Shown: positions 50,660 to 63,963, counted from the first letter of the stretch. The stretch: 64,000 bases of DNA from Phallusia mammillata (GCA_965637545.1 OZ281499.1:1488001-1552000), one strand, 5' to 3'. Numbers and translations: made by a program. Notes: generated from the letters alone by a model not told the origin.

Positions 50660-51110
50660 GCTCTTCTACCGACTACTGTGCCAAAGTCTGGTTTCGCGGC
50701 GCCATATTGTTTTTCGTGTCTAGACTCTAGATGCCTGCGCTGGCCACATCAACGACAAATCTGTAGTTTTAGCAGGAATTCTGCCAACCGAGCTTCGTAC
50801 AAAAAGCTGTACTATTTCTGCCTTGTTTACTACAAAAAACCTGAACACATGCTCCCTTACAGCCTCCTGGCTTCTCACAACATAGGACACTGGCAACACA
50901 AATCACAACATTCATTTCACTGGAGCTGCTAAACGAATCTAATGAGCTGCATGGCACCGGTGTGTCTCGATGGGCAGGTCACAAATGGAAGCTTGTGTGG
51001 CGAGGAAGCAGTTTCCGATTCCAAGCGCTCATTAGTGTCGTCTTCAGCTCGACACTAGCTGGAATGCAATTTTCTGGACTTTCCTGTGTCAAGCTTAATC
51101 TCTTTTTTCG
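50660..51110 (+). mobile_element. Degenerate 3' fragment of a non-LTR retrotransposon (RTE/RTEX-like region downstream of the RT domain)
   Basis: Frameshifted translation gives DYCAKVWFRG, CLR, VLAGILPTELR, WAGHKW, CVKLN, which resembles the recalled EYCAPVW...LAGIQPAELRR...WVRLNRLRTG LINE tail. Confidence 0.6.
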
Positions 51111-52099
51111 CCCGTCAATGCACATATATCTTGACACAGAAGATCAGAACACATCATAACATCCTGCAACATTTACCGTCATCCGAATGGGTTTTAAAGT
51201 CGGACAGCTGTCGACGAATCTATCAATTTAAATAGATGATCTTCTGAACTATCCTGCTCATACGAAGAAGAATCCCAGTTTACAGAACTGAAAGTACAAA
51301 ACGTGTAATATCAATTTTCCTTAGCGACTCAACGCACCCAGGAAGATTCTATACTATATGCTGCTATGCTTGCAGTATAAAAGTCATTAGGATAATTTTG
51401 AAGCAGAAAGTATGAAGTAATCCGTCCTGTGATTTCTATATGAGTGTGCCGTGTTCACTTGTCTGCATGGACGCTTCAGGACTGATCCCAGTTATGAAAT
51501 TATGTTTATCTTAATCAAACTGGTGTTGATTATACTTCATGCAACGTAATGAGCATACATATGTTTGTTGACTCGGTGTTGCTAATGTCGTGACATGCCA
51601 CAACGATGTTGGTTGTTGAAATAACCTAGTCGTCTCACGTACTTACAAAAACTTTTGATAACTATTAGCTGGTGATGTTATTACATCATTCCGATGGTAC
51701 AAGGGTTTCCAAAAAAATTCAGTTACAGACCTGTGTGTGAAATATTGTCTTTCAATCAGCCATGACATTGAACTTTGACGCGCCCAGAAACATTTATAGA
51801 TGGACTTCTGTCGTCACACACACAACATCTAAATATATTCTGCATCTAAAAAAAGCTCAAACGCTGCTTTGTGATGTTTTCGCGGTATTGGTTGGACGTG
51901 AACCTAAACGAATGCTTTTAAAGGCAAAATGCGGAAGTTGGGGCTTTTGCGAGACTCAAAGGGAAATTCAGCCAAAGGGGGCGTGACCCTGTAAGACGCA
52001 GTTTACTGCTGGGCTATGTTTATCTGCTGAACTATGACTTTAAATAAGAACCCCGCATTTGCACCAGATTTGCTGCGTAGAAGTTGTGAACTGACAGAA

Positions 52100-53386
52100 A
52101 TGATGTGTGGCAGTGATGACGTTGTCGAGCAGCTCTGTGACGTAATAACGACAAACGATGACGCTGTGCCTGAGTTGTGGGACATGGACAAGTTAGGGGG
52201 AGGGTTGGAGAAAAAAATTAGAAAAAGAATTGAAGAAATTGTGCAGGAGAAGAAAATAAAACTAACGTTTTCCAAGCTCACTTACAAATCGCTGGATGTT
52301 TCTGGTACGAACGGAAACTTACTAGTTCGGCAAATCATCGCTGTTTTTAGCGACAAAAAAAATTACAAACCTGGCATGTGTATCGTGTTGACGGTGGATA
52401 ACGAACCGGATGCAGCGATTGTCGTGGTTAAAGAAGGTCGACTTGAAACCTTTACAGTGCCGAAGAAAACTGATCATCAAAGAGCATTGTGGGACAAACT
52501 ATTTTCAGATAGCAGGTGTGAGGTTTGGAAAGAAAAAGGAAGAACAGAATATGAACCAAACGACCTTGAAACAAAACGCAGAGATTTTGCAGAAAATTTT
52601 TCCATACTTTGGAACTCACTATTCGGGAAGATTGATCCACTTTATCGCCATGTTTTCTATGGTTTGGCATCAGAAATGGCAAAACCCAAGTTGAAGTCTC
52701 ATGTGGATCACGATGTCTACAAGCATAATCCTACTGCTGCGTGCATCAAAATCGCAATTGAAACCGGACAGACAGGTCGTTTGGAGAATGTGTTTGGGGC
52801 GCGTACAAAGCGAGTCAGACAGCAGGCACAAAGTGAAGTTGGTCAAGATGTAGTTCACGCATCTGAATTAGTTCCAAAGCACGAACGGCGGCTTCGTGAA
52901 GCAAAAGCCTTGATCAGAATGTGAGTTTACACGTTCAAACTGAGATAGAGAAGTATATCTCTTTCAGATGTGGAATGTTAATTTTGGCAAAACCACTCAA
53001 CGTGTTAGTTTATTACGTTCGTTAACAAATCGTTTGTTTTAGAAATTAGTGTGACTATCTTAATAAGTCATGGCGTTCTCAAAACTTTTTTTACAAACTA
53101 GTCTGGCTAATTTTTGCTCATTTTTTTATATCCGGATGTTATCAAAAGTTAAGTGGCAAAATGTGAACGACATTTAGCGGATATTCGGTTAATTATATGC
53201 AAACATGTTGGGTGCAAACAACCAGTAACAAAACAAAACGTACTCAAGCGATGACGATGTCGTTGGTAGTAATGAAACTATTTTATGTTTATGTATCTGG
53301 AAGACAAAGACGGAGAAAACTTTCCACATGAAGACGTTTCAGCAAAGGTTGAAGAAATAAAGAAGTTTTTCGCCTTAGAAAACTAG
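52100..53386 (+). CDS. MTCSIDD family copy 11; exon 1 intact (52100-52920), exon 2 (53293-53386) acceptor mutated as in copy 3
   Basis: The start variant MMCGSDD aligns to the family start. The acceptor reads gtttat|gtat. Nearly identical to copy 3 from mid-exon 1 through ~1 kb downstream. Confidence 0.7.
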
Positions 53387-54850
53387 TTTCAACTTTAGAA
53401 AACTAGGACAACACTGTATATAGTGTGCACTTGTTACATGTTTGTGTTTATCACATATATGATTATGATGTTATAATTCAATTTATTTTGTCACACAACC
53501 CGCAAAGTTTCATTTTAAAACAGCACCATTAAGTTATGTTATATGCTAATAGGGCTGTACTAAGCAACATAGTACACCACACCTGTTGAAGGCGTTAACG
53601 CCAAAAGGCCAGACTGTAGCGGCCTCTCTCACTACCGTTGTCGTGTGCTTCCATACTACAGCGAACTGGACAGATTGCCTTCTTTCTCTGACGTCTTATG
53701 CAGCGTATTCTCACATTGTGTTGTCCTATTACGATGCACCTCGAATAAACACCTCGCTACAAGGCGTACCGTGATTGCGATATGATTGTGCCGTGATCGC
53801 TGGTCTGCATTTACGCTTCAGGGTTGGTCCCAGTTATAACTTTAGGTGTATTTAATCCAATAAGCGTGATACAAGTGTCCTGAATATTAACGAATAGCCG
53901 TGTCGCATAAGTTTCTGAAGGAAATTTCGCTGTGTGCTGTATTATTGTAATTGTGATTCAAAGTGTAAACAAATTCGTCCTGGTAATCTCAGATCGGGTT
54001 CTGGGTAAGGCTTTAATAAAACGGGCTGAAATAGACCTGACTCCACACTTAGCTACACCTGTGTCGCAATTTTGTTGAGTTGCGGCTCTAGAACGGGCTT
54101 AATTTGAAGAAAGCAATTGGACCGGGTCAAGTTCGGCTTCGCTTACAGCTCTGTGCGTACTATACATTAAAAACTACGAAGGTCGCCAAAGATGCCAAAT
54201 GAAACTGTAAAAAACAACGAAAAATTCCCACGCTTTGTACAGAAATATAATGTTGGATTCTTACCAAGATTTCGCTCTTGTGAAAAAGTTCATGACGCTC
54301 AGCTAAGTATTAACTATTTGGTCGATATATTTACCATAAAGTATTGTGGGCCACCTCAGCAACGTAAATCGAATCCCTTACATGTGACGTAACACATTCC
54401 TTTTTATTCATTTACCGAAGCCGTGGCGTAACACCAGAACAAAGAGCATCGGTGAGAATTTGATCAGTGAAATCTCGTCTTACGTTCATCCATAACATAC
54501 AACGTTGCTGGACGCGTCAGGGACATGTTGGTTGTAAACATTTTTCACACTAGAATTTGCTGCAATATTTAATCATTATTAAAGCCGATAATGGACAAAT
54601 AACGCAAATCTAACCAGTGATATGAAATTGATAGTAATGACCTTACTGTGTCAACGTAGAACTCAAAACCCCTTGCATTGTGACGTAGCGCGTTTAGGTT
54701 TACCACCCGAAGGGGAAACGAAAGTCTGCAAACGGGGAATGCCCCCTTTCAATGATATGGCGCAATCTGCTTGTATATATGAACTGGAAAATTCAATATG
54801 AAGCGGATTTGTTTTCGAATCGCTTCCCAACAAGACTTCAACTGACAGAT

Positions 54851-56014
54851 ATGACGTGTAGTATTGATGACGCCGTTGAGCAGTTTTGTGACGTAATAAC
54901 GACCAGCGATGACGTTATGCCTGACTTGTGGGATATGGAAAGGTTAGGGGGAGAGTTGGAAGAAAAAATTGTCGCCAGAACTCGAATAATCAAAGTGAAT
55001 TTAAGAAAGCAAATAACATTTTCCAAGCCAACTTACAAATCGCTTGAAGTTTCTGGTTCGAACGGAAACTTACTTATTCGACAAATCATTTCGTTTTTTG
55101 GCGACAAAGAAATCTACAAACCTGGCATGTGTATCGTGTTGACCTTAGATAACAAGCCAGATGCAGTGATTGTTGTGTTCACTGAAGGTCGGGTGGAACC
55201 TATAACTTTGCCAAAAAAGACTGAGGAAGATAGAATGTACTGGGATAAAATATTTTCAGACAGCAGATGGAGAAATCAAGGGCTATCGAGTCATGAACCA
55301 CTTGACCTTGAAACAAAGCGCAAAGATTTTGCAGAAGTTTTTCCAAAGCTCTGGAACTTATCACTGGAGAAAATTGACCCAGTTTATCGCCATATCTTCT
55401 ATGCTTTGGCTCTCGAAATGGCAAAACCGAAGATGCCGTTTTTTGGGGACTGTCGCTACCAGCATATTCCTGCTGCCGCTTGCATTAAAATTGCGCTCGA
55501 AACTGGTCAAACTGGTCGTTTGGAATGGATTTTTGGTTCGCGACGAGTGCATGATGGACCAGCAAAAAGCGAAGCCGATCAGGATTTAGTTGACAACAAC
55601 GATTTGATTTTGAAATACGAACAGCGACTCAGTGAAGCAAAGTCTATGATCAAAACGTGAGTCAAAACATTCGGTTTGAGACATAAAGCCCTGACCCAAA
55701 TTTTGTCAACATTTTAGAAGTTTGGAGTTAGCTCAACAAGCTTTGTTGATTGGTTTGAGTTCTGTGAAGATTGTATACTCGTAAATAAAATATATACCTA
55801 ACGTTAAAATAAAATAGTCCGTAAACTTGTTCAGTTCTAATTTCCAAATATAGAACATAACATTTGTCACACAATGCCGAGTTGGTGGGAAGAAACTGTA
55901 AAGTAATCAAATGATTTTATGTCCAGGTATCTTGGAAACAAAGATGACTTTCCTCGGGCGAACGTCACAGCGAAGTTTAAGGAAATGAAAAACTTCTTCG
56001 CTTTGGAAAACTGA
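54851..56014 (+). CDS. MTCSIDD family copy 12, intact (exons 54851-55656, 55927-56014)
   Basis: ORF 54752-55660; the family-aligned ATG is at 54851. Acceptor tccag, in-frame exon 2. Confidence 0.85.
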
Positions 56015-56785
56015 TAGCAACCTTATATATCGTATGCACTTGTTCTGTATTTGCTTTTACCACTGTATGATTGTTGTATTTTTAAACGTGATTTTATAAT
56101 ACACGATGTATCGATTGTGACGAGATGTACTTCCCGACTCCATGCGCTCTTTAGTGTCATCAGCTCATGATCACCACCTGGAAAGCATTTCCCTAGAAAC
56201 CTAGACCTACCTGGGTCAAGCTCAATCGTCTTCGCACCGGCATTTGCATTTTCGCTCAACTTTGCACAGGTCGACATTGTGCAGAGGAGCAGGCCGCATA
56301 GTAACAATCTGGCCTATTTACCCCCAACCGTATAAGTCTTAAGTAGAGTTGTAAACGGTCCTGAAATTGGAGCCCGAACCCGAAAGTAGAAGTTCGATGG
56401 TGCAGGGATTTCAAAAACTGCAGTTACAGACTTGTGTGAGAAATATTGTCTTTCAATCAGCCGTGACATTGAACTTTGACGCGCCCAGAAACATTTATAG
56501 ATGGACTCACCCACAACATCTAAATAGATTCTGCATCTAAAAAAAGCTCAAACGCTGCTTTGTAATGTTTTCGCGGTATTGGTTGGACGTGCTCCAGAAC
56601 GAATTCTTAAAAGGCAAATTGCGGAAGTTAGGGTTTTCGCGAGACGGAAAGGGAAAGTCAGCCAAAGGGGGCGTGACCCTGTATGGCACAATTTACTGTT
56701 GGGCCGTGTTCATCTTGACTATGACTTCAAATAAAAAGCCGCATTTGCACCAGATTTGCCGCGAACAGGTCATGAACTGACAATC

Positions 56786-58067
56786 ATGACGTGTAGCATT
56801 GATGACGCTGCCGAGAAGTTTTGTGACGTAATATCGATGAACGATATCGTAATTCCTGAGTTGTGGGATATGGATAAGTTGGGGGGAGCTTTGGAGGACA
56901 AAATTATGGACAGAATTCGAATCCTAAGGGAAAACGAAAGAAACAAATAGCATTTTGCAAGCCAACTTACAAATCGTTCGCGGTTTCTGGTATGAACGGA
57001 AACTTGCTCGTTCGGCAAATCATTGCTATTTTTAGCGACAAAAAATGTACGAACCTGGCATGTGTATCGTATTGATGGTGGATAACGAACCGGATGCAGT
57101 GATTGTCGTGTTCAATGAAGGCCGACCTGAAACCTTTACCGCACCGAAGAAAACTGAGCATCAAAGAGCAATGTGGAATAAAATATTTGCAGACAGCATG
57201 TGTGATGTGTGGAGGGAAAAAGGAAGAACAGAATATGAGTCAAACGACCTTGAAACAAGACGCAAAGATTTTGCAGAAACGTTTTCCAAAGATTGGAACT
57301 CTCCATTCGGGGAAATTGACCCACTTTATCGCTACATTTTCTTTGGCTTGGCAACAGAAATGGCAAAACCCAAATTGAAGTCTCATGTGGATCACGATGT
57401 CTACAAGCATATTCCTACTGCTGCGTGCATCAAAATCGCAATTGAAACCGGACAGACAGGTCGTTTGGAGAATGTGTTTGGGGCTCGTACAAAGCGAGTC
57501 AGACAGCAGGCACAAAGTGAAGTTGGTCAAGATGTAGTTCACGCATCTGAATTAGTTCCAAAGCACGAACGGCGGCTTCGTGAAGCAAAAGCCTTGATCA
57601 GAATGTGAGTTTACACGTTCAAACTGAGACAGAGAAGTATATCTCTTTTAGAGGCTAAATGTAAATTTTGGCAAAACACTCAACGTGTTAGTTTATTACT
57701 TTCGTTAACAAATCGTTAGTTTAGAAATTAGTGTGACTATCTTAATAAGTTATGGCGTCCTCAAAACTTTTTTTTACAAACCAGTCTGGCTAATTTTTGC
57801 TCATTTTTTTATATCCGGACATTATCGAAAGTTAGTGCCAAAATATGAACGCGTTTAGCGGATATTCGGTTAATTATTTACAAACATATTCGGTGCAAAT
57901 AACCAGTAACAAAACAAAACGTTTTGAAGCGATAACGATGTCGTTGGTAGCAACCAAATTATTTCATGTTTAGGTTTCTCGGAGACAAAGATGGGGAAAC
58001 CTTTTCACATGAGAACGTTTCAGCGAAGGTTCAAGAAGTGAAGCAGTTTTTTGCCTTGGAAAACTAG
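56786..58067 (+). pseudogene. MTCSIDD family copy 13, frameshifted pseudogene sharing two lesions with copy 5
   Basis: Same two 1-nt deletions as copy 5 (ORFs 56756-56950, 57045-57608). Exon 2 at 57974-58067. Confidence 0.85.
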
Positions 58068-58889
58068 CGGCAACTTGCCAATGGAATAACATCGTATATC
58101 GTGTGCGCTTACTTTATGTTTGTGTTTAACATAATACAATTATGTTGCTATATTTCAAAACTAATTTGGTAATAAACGATTATGATCTTTATGACATTTA
58201 GTTTGATTCTGTTTGAATAAGAACGACTGATGATGCCGTTATCGGTGAAATATATATCGTTAAACAACATTTGTTGACTAATTCTGATTAGAAAGCACTG
58301 TCAAATACTTCGTCAATTATTCTTACATGATCTTTATGACGCTAAGTTAATATTAACTCTTGGTCGATATTTATTATAAAGTGTTGCGGGCCACCTCAGC
58401 AACGTAAATCAAATCGCTTACACATGACGCAACACATTCATCTTTACTCTTTATCTATTACTGAAGCCGTGGCGTAACACGAGAACAAAGGGCATGGGTG
58501 GGAATTTGATCAGTGAAATATCGTTTATCCATAACATATCACGTTGCTGGACGCGTCAGGGACATGTTGGTTGTAAACTTTCTTCACACTAGAAGTTGTT
58601 GCAATATTTAATCATTATTAAAGCCGAAAATGGACAACTAACGCAAACCTAACCAGTGATGATAATTAAGTATTGACCCCCACTGTGTCAACGTAGAATC
58701 CACGCGCGTCCTGTTGTGACGTATATCGTGATCAGGTTTAACGCGCACAGGGGAAACAAAAGTCAGCTAATGGGGGATTCCTCTTTGCGACAGTGTGACT
58801 CAATCTGCTTGTACAAGTAAACCGGGACCTTCAATAAAAAGCGCAGTTCGTATCTGGATTACTTCACAACAAGACCAAAACTGACAGCC

Positions 58890-59967
58890 ATGACGTGTAG
58901 TATTGACGACGCTGTTGAGAAGTTTTGTGACGTAATAACGACAAACGATGACGTTGTGCCTGAGTTGTGGGGTATGGACAAGTTAGGTGGAGAGTTGGAG
59001 GACAAAATTATGGACAGAATACGAATCCTAAGGGAAAAGAGAAAGAAGCAAATAATGTTTTCCAAGCCAACTTACAAAACGTTCGAGGTTTCTAGTTCAA
59101 ATGGAAACTTACTTATTCGGCAAATCATTGCTGTTTTTAGCGACAAAGAAATCTACACACCTGGCATGTGTATCGTGTTGACTTTAGATAACAAGCCAGA
59201 TGCAGCGATTGTCGTGTTCAGTAAAGGTCGGGTAGAGCCTATAACTTTGCCGAAGAAAACTGAGCAAGATAGAGCAATGTGGGATAAAATGTTCTCAGAT
59301 AGCATGTGTGAGGTGTGGAGGGAAAACGAAATAGCTGGGTTTGACTCAGTTAATCTCGAAGCCAAACGCAGAGATTTCGCAGAAACTTTTTCCGAACTTT
59401 GGAGGTTACCATTCGGGAAAATTGATCCACTTTATCGCCATGTCTTCTATGGCTTGGCATCAGAAATGGCAAAACCCAAATTAAAGTCTCATTTGGATCA
59501 CGATGACATTAAGCACATTCCTACTGCTGCTTGCATCAAAATTGCGATTGAAATCGGTCAGACAGGTCGTTTGGAGTTGGTTTTCGGGTCACGTAAAAAA
59601 ACCGAAGCCAGTCAGGATTCGCTTGGTAACATCGAATTTGTTCCCAAACACAAACTACGACTCAATGAGGCAAAAGCTATAATCAAAACGTGAGTATAAA
59701 AGTTCAGTTTGCGATAAAAAGGCACTTTTTCATCATTATACATTTTATGTGAATAAAATTTATGTCAAAAATTAAAAAAAAACAATTTTAGGGTATTGTC
59801 GAATTATTCTTTTAGAACTTATATTATACCAAGCTGATTTGCAGAGACTAAAAATAATCAATTTGTTTTGTTGGTTTAGTTATCTCGGAGACAAGGATGA
59901 CTTACCCCTGACAACAGTTACAGAAAAGATTGAAGAAATCAAAATATTTTTTGCCTTAAACATCTAA
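58890..59967 (+). CDS. MTCSIDD family copy 14, intact (exons 58890-59689, 59880-59967)
   Basis: 267-aa ORF, canonical splice sites, exon 2 YLGDKDDLPLTTVTEKIEEIKIFFALNI*. Confidence 0.85.
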
Positions 59968-60647
59968 TGGCAACATCTATAGTGAATGTTTTTTATATTT
60001 TTGTTTCTACCAGCAAATGATTGTAAATTCAAATTTATTTGTGGCAGAATTTCAGTTTGTCAACAGTAACGCAAGTTAAAGGTATCGTTGCGAAATGGTT
60101 TATGCGAAAAGTTAAACTTGCGTATGACACAATTTGGTAATGATTGACTATATAACATGATCCAGTAGTTTTTTTTAAACTTTTTGTGTGTGATGTGTAA
60201 AAAAACAAATGCAAAAACTAAAGCAACTGTGGTTTGGTTTTATCTTTGATTACACCAAGCTGACAAGCATCTCCCTGGTAAAAGATGTTATACCTCACTG
60301 CAATACGTAGCTGTGTAATGTTTCATCCCAGGCGGAAAATTATCCCCGAATCATACACGTAATATACAAGTTCATGGTTGTATCAACTACGATTTTCTGG
60401 TGACAATCATAGATATATAGGGTTGTTATACACGGAAAGTTTACATCGGATCATACAAGATGACAAGATAAGTTCTTACGTGATTTTCTGAGAATATACT
60501 CGCACAAACCGTACCAATACCTGCGCTTTTCTAATGTTAAACTATGAAAAACCTATCGAGACAGGCCTTGGATAAAGTTCGACTGGGATTTCCAGCTCGG
60601 AGGAAAGCGACAGCCTGTTTGTCTCAGCGTTTTTTTTTACACTAGGA

Positions 60648-61217
60648 CAGGGGTCGCCAACCTTTACCACTCAAAGAGCCATTCGAACCAGTTTCATATA
60701 GCAAATAAAACACTAGGAGCCACAAATCGTAACGAAATATGAAATGCAACTTAATCAGCGTTTTTTACGACATTAAACTTTTTGTTGTTAGCTAGTTTAT
60801 AATTGCATATTATTGGGCACGTTGGTAAACCAGCCTTATCACAGTAAATGCAAATTAATCTCCGCACGTGGCGTTAAATGTTCCGTTTTCTTCAGACGCT
60901 AATTTTTATTTCTTTGTTTAGTACGTTTGTTTCATAACAATTTTAAACAGGTATTGTTGCGTGGGCACACACACTGCAAACCAAAACAGTATTTAACAAC
61001 TTGCGCGCTGTCAGTTTGCTTCTTTTAGTTTCATGATAAGCGCGGCTGTGGCTAATTACTAGAAGCGGTTACGCTATATTTTCGATTTTATTCCGGCATA
61101 ATCGTCACAGATTTTGAAATGAAATGTTTTAAACATTTGGTAATTTTAAAACCTGAGCCGCATTAGAGGTATCAAAGAGCCGCATGCGGCTCCGGAGCCG
61201 CGGGTTGGCGACCCCTG
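60648..61217. mobile_element. hAT-type non-autonomous element, 570 bp
   Basis: 15-bp TIR CAGGGGTCGCCAACC/GGTTGGCGACCCCTG, perfect 8-bp TSD cactagga. Empty site with a single cactagga at 14069-14076. Confidence 0.92.
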
Positions 61218-63367
61218 CACTAGGAGAAAGTACGAAAGCGTTTCGTCATGTTTATAGTAATGACACATGGAGTTTAACCGATTTTTCGAACCCTGGCGTA
61301 ACTTGTATTTACATAAAGAAGAAATTGCACCGGACTTGACAATAAAACCTCACTCAGCTGCGAGATTCGGTAAAACACAGGGGCAGTCTCATCAAGTACG
61401 GTGTAGCTGCAGCGCGTTTAGCCGTAATCCACCAATTGTGACCTTCACTTTTTTGCGCTCAATACCGTTTTAAACGTTGTGCAGCTATTTCCGGCTTGGT
61501 GATTGTTTTAGTGCATTTGTGTCGCTATTTTTTTAACAAGCGAAAAAGTGTAACACATCATAATGCAAGGAAGCCTTAAGTTGTATTCTGCTAACTAGGT
61601 CGTTGTTTGACGTCACTTTGCTGATGGCAACAGTGGTTACTGATTGTACGATGCCCGTCCATTTAAGTTAAATCAAACGTTGGTGGTTGCAGTTTCTCGA
61701 TCGGCAGGAACAACACAAAACGAAAAAACGCCATCGTAGCACGAGCACCACTTAGCGGCCAAAGTTAAAACATTGCGATCAAAAATAAACGAAATAAATG
61801 TTTTAATATTGATATTTACGGCATATGGGCCAAAAATTGCCACAATTACATTTACCGGAAGTGGTCGCCGGGGCAATGAAAGTAGATACTGAAAAAAATC
61901 AAATTGAACTAATTTGGACTTGAAACTCGATTTTTTGACCTTCATGTTAACAATGAAAACATTACAATTTGCGGCATATATTTCTATGTGAAAAAACTGA
62001 CAACACTTGCTGGTTTGTTTCCTCACAAAGCATCTTTAACAAACAGTGATTGTCTGTTTCCAGTTGAGACGGAAACAAGTCGTTGTGTGGTTTAGCATTC
62101 GTTAGTATATGTGCATACATTTCAGTAGAAGTGGATTTTTATTTTATTGTCCAGACTTTAGATCAACGACCTTGACCTGACCTTGTCACAACAGTGATTG
62201 TATTGCAGACATCGAAACTATGCCAGTTTGAATCCGAACTTGGAAATAATAAACAAAGGCTATAACTTTTCTCTGTTTTGGGGGAATCTAGCTTTACAAA
62301 ACGTAAACGAGAGATCAGTTACAGATTGTCGCAAACTGTTGTATACAAGTGTTAGGCACAGGGAATACGTTGAGATCCACAAAGCATCATAAGGCAAAGA
62401 GATGGAGCGGTGTGCCACCTTGCGGATATGGATTGAAATGTAATAACTGATTGAAGAATGGAAACCTTCAAGAAAATGTTTTGCTATTGAATTAAGCCGT
62501 GTGTGGCTAAAATAGTTTTACATTGAAATCTGGGTTTCATTTAAACCAGCATTAGTATACCTGCTTATCATTTAGGTTAAACGCTTTTTTCCTTTGCCTT
62601 TACAAAATTCCACGATATCCTCCAAGTTGGGTTACTTCAAAGTGTTTAATATACTTTTTACACAATGGTTGCTTTTTCAACTGACCGATTGTTATAATCG
62701 TTAAATCATTGTGTTTTAAACGATTATTTAATTCAACCAGACAAGAAGAATCAGCGAACTGAGATTTTTAGACAACAAGTTTTGTAAACAGGAAGGCACT
62801 CTCTATTTCACTCTGGTTTGAAGGATTGAAAAAAGAAGAGCAAGAGCATCAGAGCTCCTCCTCATTCTCCTGACTCCACACTCTCTCTTAATTAACTTTC
62901 AACAAACCTCGATGTGACGCAAAATCATTTGGCAGTCGTCCAGGAGCAGTTCAAACTGACCTTCATTTGTAACTGAACGTATTTTGCCTTGCCAGCAGCT
63001 TTTGGTGTCATCTTAGCGTGTGGAAAATTTTAACATTAGATTGTGTTCTTGAAAATCAAAGTGGTGCATTAGACGTTTTTGGATTTGGAAAGATTTCAAA
63101 GACAAAATGTCAATGTTATCACATCTGGTGAGTCTATATTTTGCTTTTTGTACTTGATTTGCAACAAACTGTGCAGCAATGTGTTTGTTATATTTCGTGT
63201 ATGATAAAAATGCATCTTACTTCTTAGCGACGTTTTCTAAATACTTGTAATTATTTCCCCTTTTCCACGATGAGAAGTCTATGAAAATCATATCTAAATT
63301 TGTACATTATTAAAAAGAAGGTTTGAAAACTTAGTGCGATACCAAAAGAAGGATTGTTTTGTTACAG

Positions 63368-63963
63368 AAAGACTTGGAAAACGAAGAAGACTTGATAAAT
63401 TACATTTTGGCTGTGGAACAAGAATCCATGAAACAAATACCACAAAAGTAAGAAGTAAATTCACGATACAAACTACTTGTAATACCCCATGTCATTTAGT
63501 TTGAATCCAACTTGGTAAGTACGAATCAATTCGAATCCTTTAAGAAAGACCAAATATTGCAATTTCGTTCAAACAATATATAGGTTGCACAAGTTTTTGA
63601 GCAATTCCAATTATTTGCTAAGTGTGCTGTTGTTAACGTGCGACTTTGGGTTTGTGCCAGGAGTGAACACAATTTTGGATTTGTAATAAATCTTTTACAG
63701 TGCAAAATATTCAAAGTCTAATCTAGCCTGCGATGGAATTCGAACCCACGACAGGAGTCTTTCAGGGACATCAAACATTGCATAATTTGACAAGAACAGC
63801 TACATTATGTGTATTCAGGTCGGAAAACGCATCCAAATGGCAAGCTACAACGACCTCGCTAACAAATCCATTCGATGCCGCATTCGATCAAGTTCAAATG
63901 CAATGTGCAGCGGATGAGGGGATTGAACTTGACCTTCAACCTGACAATGGTGCGAGAATTTAA
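63368..63963 (+). CDS. Paralogous last two exons (63368-63447, 63819-63963) of the same unidentified gene
   Basis: KDLENEEDLINYILAVEQES...TNPFDAAFDQVQMQ, canonical splice sites, phase-compatible. Confidence 0.55.

Noticed and set aside
52034-52099. N-terminal extensions of ORFs 52034-52924 and 54752-55660
   Set aside because: Not shared with other copies and unrelated to each other; they overlap the conserved promoter or leader. The aligned starts are 52100 and 54851.
1040-59365. Dozens of 60-120-aa overlapping or antisense ORFs over the family genes
   Set aside because: Shadow ORFs: lengths and starts are not conserved across paralogs, while the main frame is.
62915-63015. Minus-strand frame SCWQGKIRSVTNEGQFELLLDDCQ resembling a Tudor/SH3-like strand pattern
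   Set aside because: The paralog at ~15.8 kb has a stop in this frame, no adjoining exons were found, and it overlaps a + strand gene candidate.
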